A stretch of DNA of 62,112 nucleotides from Deltaproteobacteria bacterium (GCA_015492495.1 WGEY01000043.1:1-62112), one strand, 5' to 3'; numbered from the stretch's first letter, positions 33,082 through 43,253 are shown. Numbers and translations are program-made. Notes: generated from the letters alone by a model not told the origin.

Positions 33082-33153
33082 CTGAATATATACCGCCTGC
33101 GTGCGGATACGCATAGGCAGGCATTCCCCGCAGCTTGCTTCGGGGAGCTTCAA
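33082..33153. repeat. Copy of the short intergenic repeat family ending in GAGCTTCAA.
   Basis: cctgcgtgcggatacgcataggcaggcattccccgcagc...gagcttcaa matches 50350..50395 and 36745..36788. Confidence 0.5.
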
Positions 33154-33239
33154 TACGTGTTTGACAGTGCCCCTGCATATAGGCCGCATTGGAACACATC
33201 GTTTGTTGGGTACAGAGGGCGCAAGGGGGCGGTTGAATA

Positions 33240-35981
33240 ATGAGGTTAGGCCTTGCTGCAAGAAACTCTCTTATCATTATTACGCTGATAGTGTTCATCG
33301 TCCTTGTCCTCGGTGGAACACTCCTTCTCCGGTTCAACGCCACCATGTCAGAGGTTACCGGTTCACACTCCGAGGCGATGGCCCGTGACCTTACCGATCA
33401 GCTCGAAAGAAGGGGTGAGATGGTTGCCCGTCTTTTTGCCGCATACCTTACGGATCCGGCAGGGCTGCGCGGCGGTGAAAGTGTCCGTACCGCGGTGAGA
33501 AGCGTTGCGGCCTGGGATGATCTGCTCGATGTACGCATCTACGACGGGGGCGGGCACATTATCCACGCCCACACCGGCGGGGCTCAACGGTCGCCTTCCG
33601 CCGAGGCGCTGGATTACGGCCTGGCCGTACGGGCCATGGAAGAGCACGGACTTCTGGTGCGCAGGTCTGGAGAGAGGGTCGACGTAGGTGTGCCAATCGG
33701 TACGGGCGGGGCCGTGGTGGTCGGTTTGTCCACGGAAGGGGTGAGGAGGAGGATAGAGGGGCTTCATGGACAGTTAGAGGAGATAAGGGAGAGGGGGACG
33801 AAGCAGTATGTCATGGCCATGGCCGGTATTAGCACTGGGTTGTTGTTTTTGGGGGTTGGGTTGGCGATAGTTGTCGGCCGGAGGGTCGGCGGCCCGATAA
33901 GGAACTTGTCCGGACTTACGGCCCGTATCGGACGCGGCGACTATGACGTCGATATCCCTGTTGAACGGACGGATGAGGTTGGAGACCTCGCGAAGTCACT
34001 GAGAAAGATGGTCGATGACTTAAGGCAGACCACCGTCTCCAGGGATTACGTGGACAGTATCATAAGAAATATGAAGGACAGCCTCGTTGTGATAGGGAGG
34101 GACGGCCTTATAAAAAGCCTTAATCAGGCCACACTCGAGATGCTCGGTTACAGTGAAAAGGAACTCATTGGACGTCCCGCCGATGTGATATTTGACGGCG
34201 GATTCGTCTTCGGTCCGGCCGACAATGTCGAGAAGGTGTATCGTTCCAGGGACGGTGAGAGGATACCGGTTTTGTTTTCAAGTGCAGTGATGACAGGTGG
34301 TGACGGGAATGCACAGGGTGTGGTATGCGTGGCCCGCGACATCACCGAGCGCAAGCTGGCCGAGGAGCATATGCTCAGGCAGAAGATGGTGCTTGAGGCC
34401 ATAAACAAGGTGTTCAGAGAGGCATTGATGTGCGAATCAGAGGAGGATGTTGGTCGTACATGCCTTGCCGTGGCCGAGGAGCTTACGGGCAGCCGCTTCG
34501 GCTTAATAGGGGAGCTTAATGATGCGGGGTTCTTCGATACCACTGCGATAAGCAACCCGGGATGGGATGCGTGCAACATGCCGGGTCCGCAGGCATCAGG
34601 GCTTATCAGGAACATGGTGCTCCGCGGCATCGATCGTATGACGCTCGTCGAGGGGAGATCCAGGGTGGTCAACGATCCGGCCTCGCATCCGGACCGGGTC
34701 GGCACACCAAAGGGGCATCCGGAGATAACCTCCTTCCTCGGGGTTCCGCTCAAGCACGGCGGCAGGACTATAGGCATGATAGGTCTGGCGAACAAGGAAG
34801 GCGGGTATGAAGACGCCGACAGGGAGGCGGTGGAGACCCTCTCTGTTGCGTTCGTGGAGGCATTGATGCGCAAGCGGGTGGAGCTTGCGCACCGTGAGAG
34901 CGAGGGTAAGCTCAACGCGATGCTTCAGTCAATCGGTGACTTCATGATCATGATGGACAGGGATCTTAACGTGATATGGGCTAATGAGGCCGCAAGGAAC
35001 GCCTTCGGCGAGGACATAGTGGGCAGAAGGTGCTACGAGGCCTATCACCGCAGGCACGAGCCATGCGAGCCGTCCCCATGCGCGGCCCAGATGTCGTTCG
35101 AGGACGGCCTGATACATGAGCACGACATACGGGTGGTAGACGGGCACGGGAAGGTCATGGACTTTCATTGCACCACGAATGTCGCCTTGAGGGACAACGA
35201 GGGCCGACCTGTTGCCGTAATAGAGATCTCGCGGGACGTTACCGAGCGCAATAGGGCGATGGAGGGCCTTGTGCAGGCCGCCAAGATGGCCTCGCTCGGT
35301 GAAGTGGGTGCCGGTATTGCGCACGAGCTCAACAGTCCGCTTGCAGGCATCCTCTCCCTCACCGAGCTCATGATGCACAGGATGGGCAGCGATGACCCTA
35401 ACTACCCATTCCTCGAGAAGATCAAGGACGCAACCGTACGTTCGAAGTACATAATAAGGGATCTCTTGACCTATTCACAGCCGTCGAGGGAGGAAATGGA
35501 GCCGCTTTTTGTGAACGAGGCCCTCAAGTCCACGCTTTCGCTGTTTGTATCCGAGCTCAAGACCTTCGCCATGGAGATAAGCGCGGACCTGGACCAGGAT
35601 CTGCCCCAGGTCGTAGGCAACAAGGGGCAGCTCATGGAGGTATTTCTGAACATCATGAAGAACGCAAGGGATGCCATGGGAAAGCAGGGCAGGATAGAGA
35701 TAAGGACCCGCACGGTGACCGATGGCGGCAGGGAGTTTGTAGTGGTCGAGATAGCCGATAGCGGGCCCGGCATACCAGCGGATATAAGGGACAGGGTCTT
35801 CGACCCCTTTTTTACCACCAAGGAGAAGGGCGGAGGCCTTAACGTGGGACTCGGGCTATCCATAAGCCATGGGATAGTAAAGGCACACAACGGCAGGATC
35901 GAGTTTGCTGATCGCGAAGGAGGAGGGACGGTCTTCAGGGTCTTCCTGCCGGTTGCATACGAGGCCGCGGGTCTGCCGTAA
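33240..35981 (+). CDS. Sensor histidine kinase: periplasmic domain, HAMP, PAS, GAF, PAS, HisKA-HATPase.
   Basis: Two TM helices flank a sensor of about 160 aa. The H-box IAHELNSPLAGI and N-box LNIMKNARDAM are identical to those of the upstream kinase. Confidence 0.85.
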   Translation: MRLGLAARNSLIIITLIVFIVLVLGGTLLLRFNATMSEVTGSHSEAMARDLTDQLERRGEMVARLFAAYLTDPAGLRGGESVRTAVRSVAAWDDLLDVRIYDGGGHIIHAHTGGAQRSPSAEALDYGLAVRAMEEHGLLVRRSGERVDVGVPIGTGGAVVVGLSTEGVRRRIEGLHGQLEEIRERGTKQYVMAMAGISTGLLFLGVGLAIVVGRRVGGPIRNLSGLTARIGRGDYDVDIPVERTDEVGDLAKSLRKMVDDLRQTTVSRDYVDSIIRNMKDSLVVIGRDGLIKSLNQATLEMLGYSEKELIGRPADVIFDGGFVFGPADNVEKVYRSRDGERIPVLFSSAVMTGGDGNAQGVVCVARDITERKLAEEHMLRQKMVLEAINKVFREALMCESEEDVGRTCLAVAEELTGSRFGLIGELNDAGFFDTTAISNPGWDACNMPGPQASGLIRNMVLRGIDRMTLVEGRSRVVNDPASHPDRVGTPKGHPEITSFLGVPLKHGGRTIGMIGLANKEGGYEDADREAVETLSVAFVEALMRKRVELAHRESEGKLNAMLQSIGDFMIMMDRDLNVIWANEAARNAFGEDIVGRRCYEAYHRRHEPCEPSPCAAQMSFEDGLIHEHDIRVVDGHGKVMDFHCTTNVALRDNEGRPVAVIEISRDVTERNRAMEGLVQAAKMASLGEVGAGIAHELNSPLAGILSLTELMMHRMGSDDPNYPFLEKIKDATVRSKYIIRDLLTYSQPSREEMEPLFVNEALKSTLSLFVSELKTFAMEISADLDQDLPQVVGNKGQLMEVFLNIMKNARDAMGKQGRIEIRTRTVTDGGREFVVVEIADSGPGIPADIRDRVFDPFFTTKEKGGGLNVGLGLSISHGIVKAHNGRIEFADREGGGTVFRVFLPVAYEAAGLP

Positions 35982-36034
35982 AGGAAAGGGTCGGACCGAA
36001 ACGAACCGAACCGAACACTTACGGAGGTGTTGAC

Positions 36035-36463
36035 ATGAATGACTCAACCGTCGGGTCTTTGAAGCGTACGGCGAGGAAGAGGGTGGGTAAGACCGCTCAA
36101 AAGAGGTACATCCTGGTGGTCGATGATGAGGAGACGGTCGGTGTGGGCATGACAGAGATGCTGAGGGAGGCCGGCTACGTTGCCGATTATGTGACTAACG
36201 GCGATGATGCCGTAAGGGAGATAACCAGGAGGCCGTATTCGCTGGTATTCATGGATATAGTCATGCCCGGCATGGACGGCCTGGAGGCCTTCAGAAGGAT
36301 AAAGGAGCTGAAGGGGAATGTCAACGTGGTTCTCTTTACCGGGCTCTTCAGGGAGGCCGATAAGGTAATATTCGAAGGTATCAAGGAGGGGATGATCGAT
36401 GAGTTCATAAGAAAGCCCTTTTTCTTCGAAGAGATCCTAAAAACGGCCGAGAAGTACGCATGA
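36035..36463 (+). CDS. Single-domain response regulator (CheY-like receiver).
   Basis: VVDDEE, FMDIVMPGMDG (phospho-acceptor Asp) and IRKPF. Confidence 0.85.
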   Translation: MNDSTVGSLKRTARKRVGKTAQKRYILVVDDEETVGVGMTEMLREAGYVADYVTNGDDAVREITRRPYSLVFMDIVMPGMDGLEAFRRIKELKGNVNVVLFTGLFREADKVIFEGIKEGMIDEFIRKPFFFEEILKTAEKYA

Positions 36464-36710
36464 CCCCCTTTGCTTGGAGGATTGTCCTTTGAGGCGCGGC
36501 AAGCCGGCAGAGAAGGGCGTGCAAGCAACTGTGGGGCTTTAGTGGAGTTGTGAGTGTGAGTTCCTTTGTGCGTTGAGATTCTTCACGGTCTGAGCAAGCT
36601 TCCGGTTTATATGCAAGAAGAGCCGCTTCAGCCAGCTTTGGTAGCCTTAAAAAGGGCTAAAGCCCAGGGGGTCTTGCTCCGAAAAGGTATTACCGGGGGT
36701 GTATGCAGGG

Positions 36711-36788
36711 TTGAAGATGCATCGCGAGCGCACGCCGCCGTCCCTGGACAGGCAGGCATTACCCGCAGCTTGCTGCTGGGGGCTTCAA
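36711..36788. repeat. Short MITE-like repeat with TTGAAG / CTTCAA ends.
   Basis: ttgaagatgcatcgcgagcgc...ggcaggcattacccgcagc...ggcttcaa. Related copies lie at 33082.., 50330.. and partly 52741... Confidence 0.6.
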
Positions 36789-36870
36789 TGATTGAATTTT
36801 CATGGAAGTTCTAAAACTTGCGGTTTGTCGTTGCGAGTGCAGCGAAGCAATAACTTGATATTTATTAGGA

Positions 36871-37078
36871 GGAAACTCTGATTAATTCGTCATTGCAGAG
36901 GCTTGTCCCGACGCGGAGCGAGTTAACCCGACGAAGCATCTCTAAGTGTTTGATTTTACTGAAAACGAGATTGGAGGAGATAAGTACCCTCCTCCCCGGC
37001 AAGGTCGCTTCGCCCGTTTATCACATCCGGTGCTTCGCTGCGCTCGTAATGACGAAACATGCAATAGATCAGAGTTCC
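36871..37078. mobile_element. MITE-like element of about 208 bp, family A, with terminal inverted repeats of about 12 nt.
   Basis: Starts GGAAACTCTGAT and ends ATCAGAGTTCC. Highly similar over its full length to 58534..58735. Has an internal inverted pair, tcgtcattgc / gtaatgacga. Confidence 0.7.
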
Positions 37079-37365
37079 AAGATCAAACAATCGGAGATTG
37101 CTTTCCCGTCCGCTGTCCGGGCCGTTTTGAAAGGGCTTGGATCGCCCCGCAATGACAGAGAGGGTGCAGTTTCCAAGGGCCCCTGATAATACAGGGCCTC
37201 ACGCAAGCTGTTGAGCGGGACGGCTGTTTGTGCACCTTCAATCGGGTCTGCATAGAGCTTTTGTCCTAAAAAGTGTAACTATTATTACCTTGTGTGTCGG
37301 GCAAGTTTGTATTATGATAGAAATAGACAATTTTTGTCACCTCAGATGGGAAGATACAGACCAGT

Positions 37366-39069
37366 ATGGCGGAAAGAATAGGAGAACTTCTACTAAGAGA
37401 GAAGCTTATAACCCCCGAACAGCTGCAGGAAGCAATTGAAGAGCAGAAGAGAAGCGGGGGCAGGCTGGGCTATAATCTGACAAAACTTGGTTATATAACC
37501 GAAAAAGAGCTGACCTCTTTCCTGAGCAAACAGTACGGGATCCCCACCATAGACATATCGGAAACAACGATAGATCCCGAGGTTATAAAGCTCATCCCAG
37601 AGGACGTTGCCAAGAAGTACCAGGTGCTGCCGGTCAGCAGGACCGGCTCCACTCTGGTAGTGGCAATGGCCGACCCGTCCAACATATTTGCCATAGATGA
37701 CATCAAGTTCCTCACCGGATACAACGTCGAGACCGTTGTGGCCTCCGAGGGGGCCATAAAGAGCTGCATCGAGAAGTGCTACGAGTCTTCCGATATGGAC
37801 ATGGCCATGGAGGACGTGCTGACGGAGTTTGACGAGGATGAGATGGAGGTGGTCCAGGAAGAGGAAGAGGTAGACATAGGGGATCTGAAGAAGGCGGTTG
37901 AAGAGGCCCCTGTCGTAAAGCTCGTGAACTTCATCCTAACCGACGCGATCAAGAAGCAGGCTAGCGACATACACATAGAACCCTACGAGAAGGCCTTTCG
38001 TGTACGCTACAGGATAGACGGTGTGCTTCAGGAGGTCATGAAGCCGCCAATGAAGCTCAAGAACGCGATAGTGTCGAGGATAAAGATAATGAGTCAGCTC
38101 GACATAGCCGAAAGGAGGTTGCCGCAGGACGGAAGGATAAAGCTCAAGCTCGGCAGAAACAGGGAAATGGACTTCAGGGTATCGGTCCTTCCTACCCTCT
38201 TCGGGGAGAAGGTCTGCCTGAGGCTCCTGGACAAGAGCAGCCTGCAGCTTGACATGACGAAGCTCGGCTTCGAACCCAAGGCCCTCGAGGCGTTCATGAA
38301 CGCCATACACAAGCCGTGGGGCATAGTGCTCGTCACTGGACCGACCGGGAGCGGAAAGACCACGACCCTCTATTCCGCTCTTTCGGAGCTCAACAAGGTG
38401 AGCGAGAACATCTCGACGGCAGAGGACCCGGTAGAGTACAACCTCATGGGCATAAACCAGGTCCAGATGCATGAGGACATAGGGTTGAACTTCGCCGCGG
38501 CCCTGAGGAGCTTTCTCAGGCAGGACCCCGACATAATAATGGTGGGCGAGATAAGGGACTACGAGACCGCCGAGATAGCGATCAAGGCGGCGCTGACAGG
38601 GCACCTTGTGCTTTCGACCCTTCATACCAACGACGCACCGTCCACCGTCAACAGGCTTCTTAACATGGGTGTGGAACCGTTCCTCGTCTCTTCATCGTGC
38701 AACCTGATACTCGCGCAGAGGCTCGCAAGAAAGATATGCACCAAGTGCAAGGAAGAGGTGGAGGTGTCGGAGAAGGTGCTTGTTGACATAGGCGTCAGCC
38801 CGGAAGACGCCGAGAAAATGAGGTGTTACAGGGGCAAGGGGTGCACGGAATGCAACGGAACAGGCTTCAAGGGCAGGATAGCCCTTTACGAGGTCATGCC
38901 CTTTACAGAGACGCTGAAGGAGCTTGTGCTCAACGGGGCCTCATCCGGGGAGATCAAGCGCCAGGCCGTGGCCGAGGGCATGAAAACGCTCAGGATGAGC
39001 GGTATAACCAAGATAGCCGAAGGTGTAACGACCATAGAAGAGGTTCTCAGGGTGACCATGGCCGACTGA
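37366..39069 (+). CDS. pilB: Type IV pilus assembly ATPase PilB with an N-terminal MshEN-type domain.
   Basis: Walker A motif GPTGSGKTTTLYS and a tetracysteine motif (CTKCK...CTECNGTG). The N-terminus has tandem RIGELLLREKLITPEQLQEAIEEQ / RLGYNLTKLGYITEKELTSFLSKQ motifs. Confidence 0.95.
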   Translation: MAERIGELLLREKLITPEQLQEAIEEQKRSGGRLGYNLTKLGYITEKELTSFLSKQYGIPTIDISETTIDPEVIKLIPEDVAKKYQVLPVSRTGSTLVVAMADPSNIFAIDDIKFLTGYNVETVVASEGAIKSCIEKCYESSDMDMAMEDVLTEFDEDEMEVVQEEEEVDIGDLKKAVEEAPVVKLVNFILTDAIKKQASDIHIEPYEKAFRVRYRIDGVLQEVMKPPMKLKNAIVSRIKIMSQLDIAERRLPQDGRIKLKLGRNREMDFRVSVLPTLFGEKVCLRLLDKSSLQLDMTKLGFEPKALEAFMNAIHKPWGIVLVTGPTGSGKTTTLYSALSELNKVSENISTAEDPVEYNLMGINQVQMHEDIGLNFAAALRSFLRQDPDIIMVGEIRDYETAEIAIKAALTGHLVLSTLHTNDAPSTVNRLLNMGVEPFLVSSSCNLILAQRLARKICTKCKEEVEVSEKVLVDIGVSPEDAEKMRCYRGKGCTECNGTGFKGRIALYEVMPFTETLKELVLNGASSGEIKRQAVAEGMKTLRMSGITKIAEGVTTIEEVLRVTMAD

Positions 39070-39138
39070 CTTAAAGGTTTTTGTTTCTCTATTCGATATA
39101 GATTATAGGAGAAGTGGTTAAAGTTAGGGAGGAATTTG

Positions 39139-40257
39139 ATGTCAACCGAAACCGGTACCAAGCTCGATCTGCAGACCTTGCTTAGGACCCTCATAGAGAA
39201 GGGAGGCTCAGACCTTCACATAGCCGCAGGATCCCCCCCGAGGCTGAGGCTCCATGGCAAGCTCACCCCCATGGATACACCGCCGCTCACCGGGGTGCAG
39301 ACCAAACACATGTGTTATTCGATACTTACCGATGCGCAAAAGCACAAGTTCGAAGAGAACAACGAGCTTGACCTCGCCTTCGGGCTCAAGGGGGTCTCGC
39401 GGTTCAGGGCCAACATATTCGTGCAGAGGGGGACGGTCGCAGGGGTGTTCAGGGCCATTCCCTTCAGGATAAAGAGCACGCACGAACTCGGCCTGCCCTC
39501 GATAGTCGACGAGCTGACAAAGAAGCCCAGAGGGCTGATCCTTGTAACAGGGCCCACCGGCAGCGGAAAGTCGACCACCCTTGCCGCCATGATAGACAAG
39601 ATAAACATGGAGCGGCAGGAGCATATAGTCACCATCGAGGACCCGATCGAGTACCTTCACCAGTCCAAGACCGCGCTAGTCAACCAGCGAGAGGTTGGCT
39701 CCGACACCTTCAACTTCAAAAAGGCCATAAAGTCGGTCCTCCGCCAGGACCCCGACGTGGTCCTCCTGGGGGAGCTCAGGGACATGGAGACCGTCGAGAC
39801 CGCGCTCACCATCGCCGAGACCGGCCACCTTGTCTTCGCCACACTGCATACGAACTCTTGCGTGCAGACCATAAACAGGATCATAGACGTCTTCCCAGCC
39901 TCCCAGCAGCCGCAGGTGAGGGCACAGCTCTCGTTCGTGCTCGAAGGGGTGCTCTCGCAGCTTCTCCTCAAGAAGGCGGACGGACACGGAAGGGTCCTCG
40001 CCCTCGAGATCATGATCCCCAACTCGGCCATCAGGAACCTCATCCGCGAGGACAAGATCCACCAGATATACTCGCAGATGCAGGTCGGGCAGGCCAAGTT
40101 CGGCATGCAGACCATGAACCAGAGCCTCATGAACCTCTACAGCCGCAGGCTGATCTCGCTCGATGAGGCCATGGGCAGGAGCCCTGACACCGACGAGTTG
40201 CGCCAGATGATGATAAACGCGGGGGCTATGAGGTCGAGGGTCGCCCCGCCGAAGTAA
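39139..40257 (+). CDS. pilT: Type IV pilus retraction ATPase PilT.
   Basis: GPTGSGKSTTLAAM plus the hallmark AIRNLIRE motif. ATG at 39139 (the track starts at the TTG at 39136). Confidence 0.95.
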   Translation: MSTETGTKLDLQTLLRTLIEKGGSDLHIAAGSPPRLRLHGKLTPMDTPPLTGVQTKHMCYSILTDAQKHKFEENNELDLAFGLKGVSRFRANIFVQRGTVAGVFRAIPFRIKSTHELGLPSIVDELTKKPRGLILVTGPTGSGKSTTLAAMIDKINMERQEHIVTIEDPIEYLHQSKTALVNQREVGSDTFNFKKAIKSVLRQDPDVVLLGELRDMETVETALTIAETGHLVFATLHTNSCVQTINRIIDVFPASQQPQVRAQLSFVLEGVLSQLLLKKADGHGRVLALEIMIPNSAIRNLIREDKIHQIYSQMQVGQAKFGMQTMNQSLMNLYSRRLISLDEAMGRSPDTDELRQMMINAGAMRSRVAPPK

Positions 40258-40278
40258 CCGAGAGGATTATCGAGATCC

Positions 40279-41502
40279 ATGCCAAAGTACGTGTACACAG
40301 GCAAGACCCTTGGCGGCCAGGTAGCCAAGGGAGAGATAGAGGCGGCAAGCCTTGCGCAGGCCAATGCCATGCTCAGGCGCCAGCAGATAGTGCCCTCTTC
40401 GCTGACCGTGAAGAAAGGGGGGCTCGCCGCGTTGAACGAGATCAAGATCCCCGGGCTCGGGCAGAGGATAAAGACAAAGGATATAGTCGTCTTCACGCGC
40501 CAGTTCGCCACCATGATCGACGCGGGTCTCCCCCTGGTTCAGTGCCTGGACATACTGGCCGGTCAGCAGGAGAACAAGGAATTCAAAAAGGTACTCCTCG
40601 ATGTCAAGTCGAGCGTTGAGGAGGGCTCCACATTCGCCGATGCATTGAAGAAGCACCCCAAGGTCTTTGATGACCTTTTCGTGAACCTCGTGGCGGCAGG
40701 CGAGGTGGGTGGTATACTCGATACGATCCTTAACAGGCTCTCGATCTTCCTTGAGAAGTCTGAGAAGCTCAAGGGCAAGATCAAAAGTGCCTTGACCTAC
40801 CCAGTGGTCGTCATCATAATCGCCGTTCTTGTAGTGACCGGACTCCTGTTGTGGGTAGTACCCATATTTGAGGACATGTTCGCAGGCTTCGGCAAGGCAC
40901 TTCCATTGCCTACCCAAATCGTGGTGAGCATGAGCAAGTTTCTTCAGCACTGGTGGTTCATAATCATCGGCGTCCTGGGAGGGGTAGGTATAGGTTTGCT
41001 TCAGTTCTACAAGACCAGCAGGGGACGGAAGGTACTGGACAACCTGTTCCTTAAGATCCCGGTCTTCGGTGATCTTTTGCGCAAGACCGCGGTTGCAAGG
41101 TTTACACGCACACTTGGTACCATGCTTTCGAGCGGGGTTCCCATACTCGAGGCGCTCGAGATAGTCGCAAAGACGGCCGGCAACGTCATCGTGGAGGATG
41201 CCGTCATGCAGGCAAGGTCGAGCCTGAGCGAAGGTAAGACGCTTGCCGAGCCGCTTGCAAAGACAAAGGTCTTCCCGGGCATGGTCACCCAGATGATCAC
41301 GGTCGGCGAGTCTACGGGCGCCATGGACGCCATGCTCGGCAAGATCGCCGACTTCTACGAGGACGAGGTCGACGCGGCGGTAGAGGCCCTTACATCGCTC
41401 ATCGAGCCGCTGCTCATGGCCTTTCTCGGCGTGGTCGTAGGCGGACTCGTCATTGCCCTCTATCTGCCGATCTTCCAGCTGGCAGGAGCCATAAGCGGCT
41501 AA
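40279..41502 (+). CDS. pilC: Type IV pilus platform protein PilC.
   Basis: 407 aa with two tandem GspF/T2SSF-type halves and three TM segments. Sits in the pilB-pilT-pilC order. Confidence 0.95.
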   Translation: MPKYVYTGKTLGGQVAKGEIEAASLAQANAMLRRQQIVPSSLTVKKGGLAALNEIKIPGLGQRIKTKDIVVFTRQFATMIDAGLPLVQCLDILAGQQENKEFKKVLLDVKSSVEEGSTFADALKKHPKVFDDLFVNLVAAGEVGGILDTILNRLSIFLEKSEKLKGKIKSALTYPVVVIIIAVLVVTGLLLWVVPIFEDMFAGFGKALPLPTQIVVSMSKFLQHWWFIIIGVLGGVGIGLLQFYKTSRGRKVLDNLFLKIPVFGDLLRKTAVARFTRTLGTMLSSGVPILEALEIVAKTAGNVIVEDAVMQARSSLSEGKTLAEPLAKTKVFPGMVTQMITVGESTGAMDAMLGKIADFYEDEVDAAVEALTSLIEPLLMAFLGVVVGGLVIALYLPIFQLAGAISG

Positions 41503-41507
41503 CCGGT

Positions 41508-43250
41508 ATGAACCAGTCTGCATCACAATCTTTCAAGCGCAAGCTCCTTGCCCTCATGGTCCTGAGGGTGGTGATCGCGCTCGTCTTCCTCGGCGCGGCC
41601 ACCTGGTTCCAGTTGAGGAACGTCTCCCTCATAAGCCAGTCATACTATCCGCTGCATGCGATAGTGGTTGCGGTGGGGCTCCTGACCATAGCCTACGCCG
41701 TGGCGCTTGGGCGCGTGAGGAACCAGAGGTTCTTTGCCTACGTGCAGGTGACGATAGACGTGGCGCTCGTCACACTGGCCGTCTACATAACCGGCGGTAT
41801 AGCCAGCTACCTGCCGGTGCTTTACTTCATATCCGTCATGGGTAGCTCCATGGTCCTCGGCAGGAGGGGCGGCTACTACGCAGCGTCGCTGTCCAGTATT
41901 GCCTACGGCTTCCTGATGGAGCTTGATTTTTATAAGATTCTTCCCCAAAAGTATATGGTCTTTACACCGGCCGTTCCGCCTGTGTGGGAAGATGTCGTAA
42001 CCACCACGGCCACACACATCCTCGGCTTCTTTACGGTGGCGTACCTGGTGGGGTATCTCGCTGAAAAGACCGCCAGGATGGAGCGTCAACTTGAGGAGAA
42101 GGAGGTGGACTTCGACAGGCTCGAGAGCCTCAACAGGCTGATAGTCGAGAATATCCCCACCGGCATCATGACGCTCGACGAAAGCGGCAGGATAACGTCC
42201 TTTAATTCGGCGGCATCAAGGATTACCGGCTATTCACTGAAGGATGTGTATCTGGGGCACGTAGAGGATGTCTTCCCGGATCTGCTTGATGAAGACAGCG
42301 AATCCGTTGTAAGCGGGGTCAGAACGGAAAAGACCGTCAGGAAGAAGGACGGCGAGGAGATATGCCTCGGCTTCACCGTCTCCAGGGGGCACAGGGGGGA
42401 CATATCGAGTATAGTGATATTCCAGGATCTCACGCAGCTCAAGGCCATGGAAGATCAGCTGAGAAGGGACGACAGGCTCAAGGCGCTCGGTGAGCTCTCC
42501 GCGGCGATAGCGCATGAGGTGCGGAATCCCCTTGCATCCATATCGGGTTCCATCCAGCTCCTTAGCCAGGACATGGAGTTGAGGGGGGAAAAGCGCCATC
42601 TCATGGACATAGTGCTCAGGGAGACGGAGAGGCTCAACTCCCTTATAACCGACTTCCTTTTGTTTGCAAAACCCGCTCCGGTCGACAGGGCGGAGAGGAT
42701 AGACGTCTCCGAGGTGATAAGAGAGACCGTGAAGGTCTTTTCGAACAGTCCGCAGGCAAAGGGGGTTGATATAGAGGGCAGGCTCGAGGACGGTCTCTTC
42801 ATCGACGGAGACAGGCGGCAGATATCCCAGGTCTTCTGGAACCTCTTTCTGAATGCGGCTAACGCCATGCCCCAGGGGGGCAGGCTTACGGTCGCCTCCA
42901 CCCTGAAGGATGCACCAGGCGGTTCCGTGCCTAACAGGACCGACGGCCAGGGGGGATCCATGGAGAGCCGTCGCATCCAGATAGAGATCACCGACACTGG
43001 GGAGGGGATAGAGCCGGATGACCTCTCTAAGATATTCGACCCCTTCTTTTCCACGAGGGAGTCAGGCACCGGGATGGGGCTTGCGCTCGTTCACAGGATA
43101 ATAGAGAGCCACGGCGGATCCATAGATGTAACCAGCACCAGGGGCGAAGGGGCGACATTCAGGATCATGCTGCCGCTCAGTACGGCACAGCCGGCGTTTA
43201 ATGACGGAGGGAGAGATAGACACAAGGCCGCCTCGGGCTTCGGAGGGTAA
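41508..43250 (+). CDS. pilS: PilS-type sensor histidine kinase.
   Basis: About six N-terminal TM helices, a PAS domain, the H-box IAHEVRNPLASI and the G-box ITDTGEGIEPDD. Immediately upstream of pilR. Confidence 0.8.
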   Translation: MNQSASQSFKRKLLALMVLRVVIALVFLGAATWFQLRNVSLISQSYYPLHAIVVAVGLLTIAYAVALGRVRNQRFFAYVQVTIDVALVTLAVYITGGIASYLPVLYFISVMGSSMVLGRRGGYYAASLSSIAYGFLMELDFYKILPQKYMVFTPAVPPVWEDVVTTTATHILGFFTVAYLVGYLAEKTARMERQLEEKEVDFDRLESLNRLIVENIPTGIMTLDESGRITSFNSAASRITGYSLKDVYLGHVEDVFPDLLDEDSESVVSGVRTEKTVRKKDGEEICLGFTVSRGHRGDISSIVIFQDLTQLKAMEDQLRRDDRLKALGELSAAIAHEVRNPLASISGSIQLLSQDMELRGEKRHLMDIVLRETERLNSLITDFLLFAKPAPVDRAERIDVSEVIRETVKVFSNSPQAKGVDIEGRLEDGLFIDGDRRQISQVFWNLFLNAANAMPQGGRLTVASTLKDAPGGSVPNRTDGQGGSMESRRIQIEITDTGEGIEPDDLSKIFDPFFSTRESGTGMGLALVHRIIESHGGSIDVTSTRGEGATFRIMLPLSTAQPAFNDGGRDRHKAASGFGG

Positions 43251-43253
43251 GGT

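Noticed and set aside
36893-37186. A conserved-looking ORF (MQRLVPTRSE...) that recurs at 58556..58738.
   Set aside because: The similarity is at the DNA level and extends beyond the ORF on both sides to inverted-repeat ends. The ORFs are translations of a MITE-like repeat, start at TTG and have no RBS.
40267-41526. 419-aa minus-strand ORF opposite pilC.
   Set aside because: It is antisense to a full-length PilC within a co-directional pil operon, and it shows no family resemblance.
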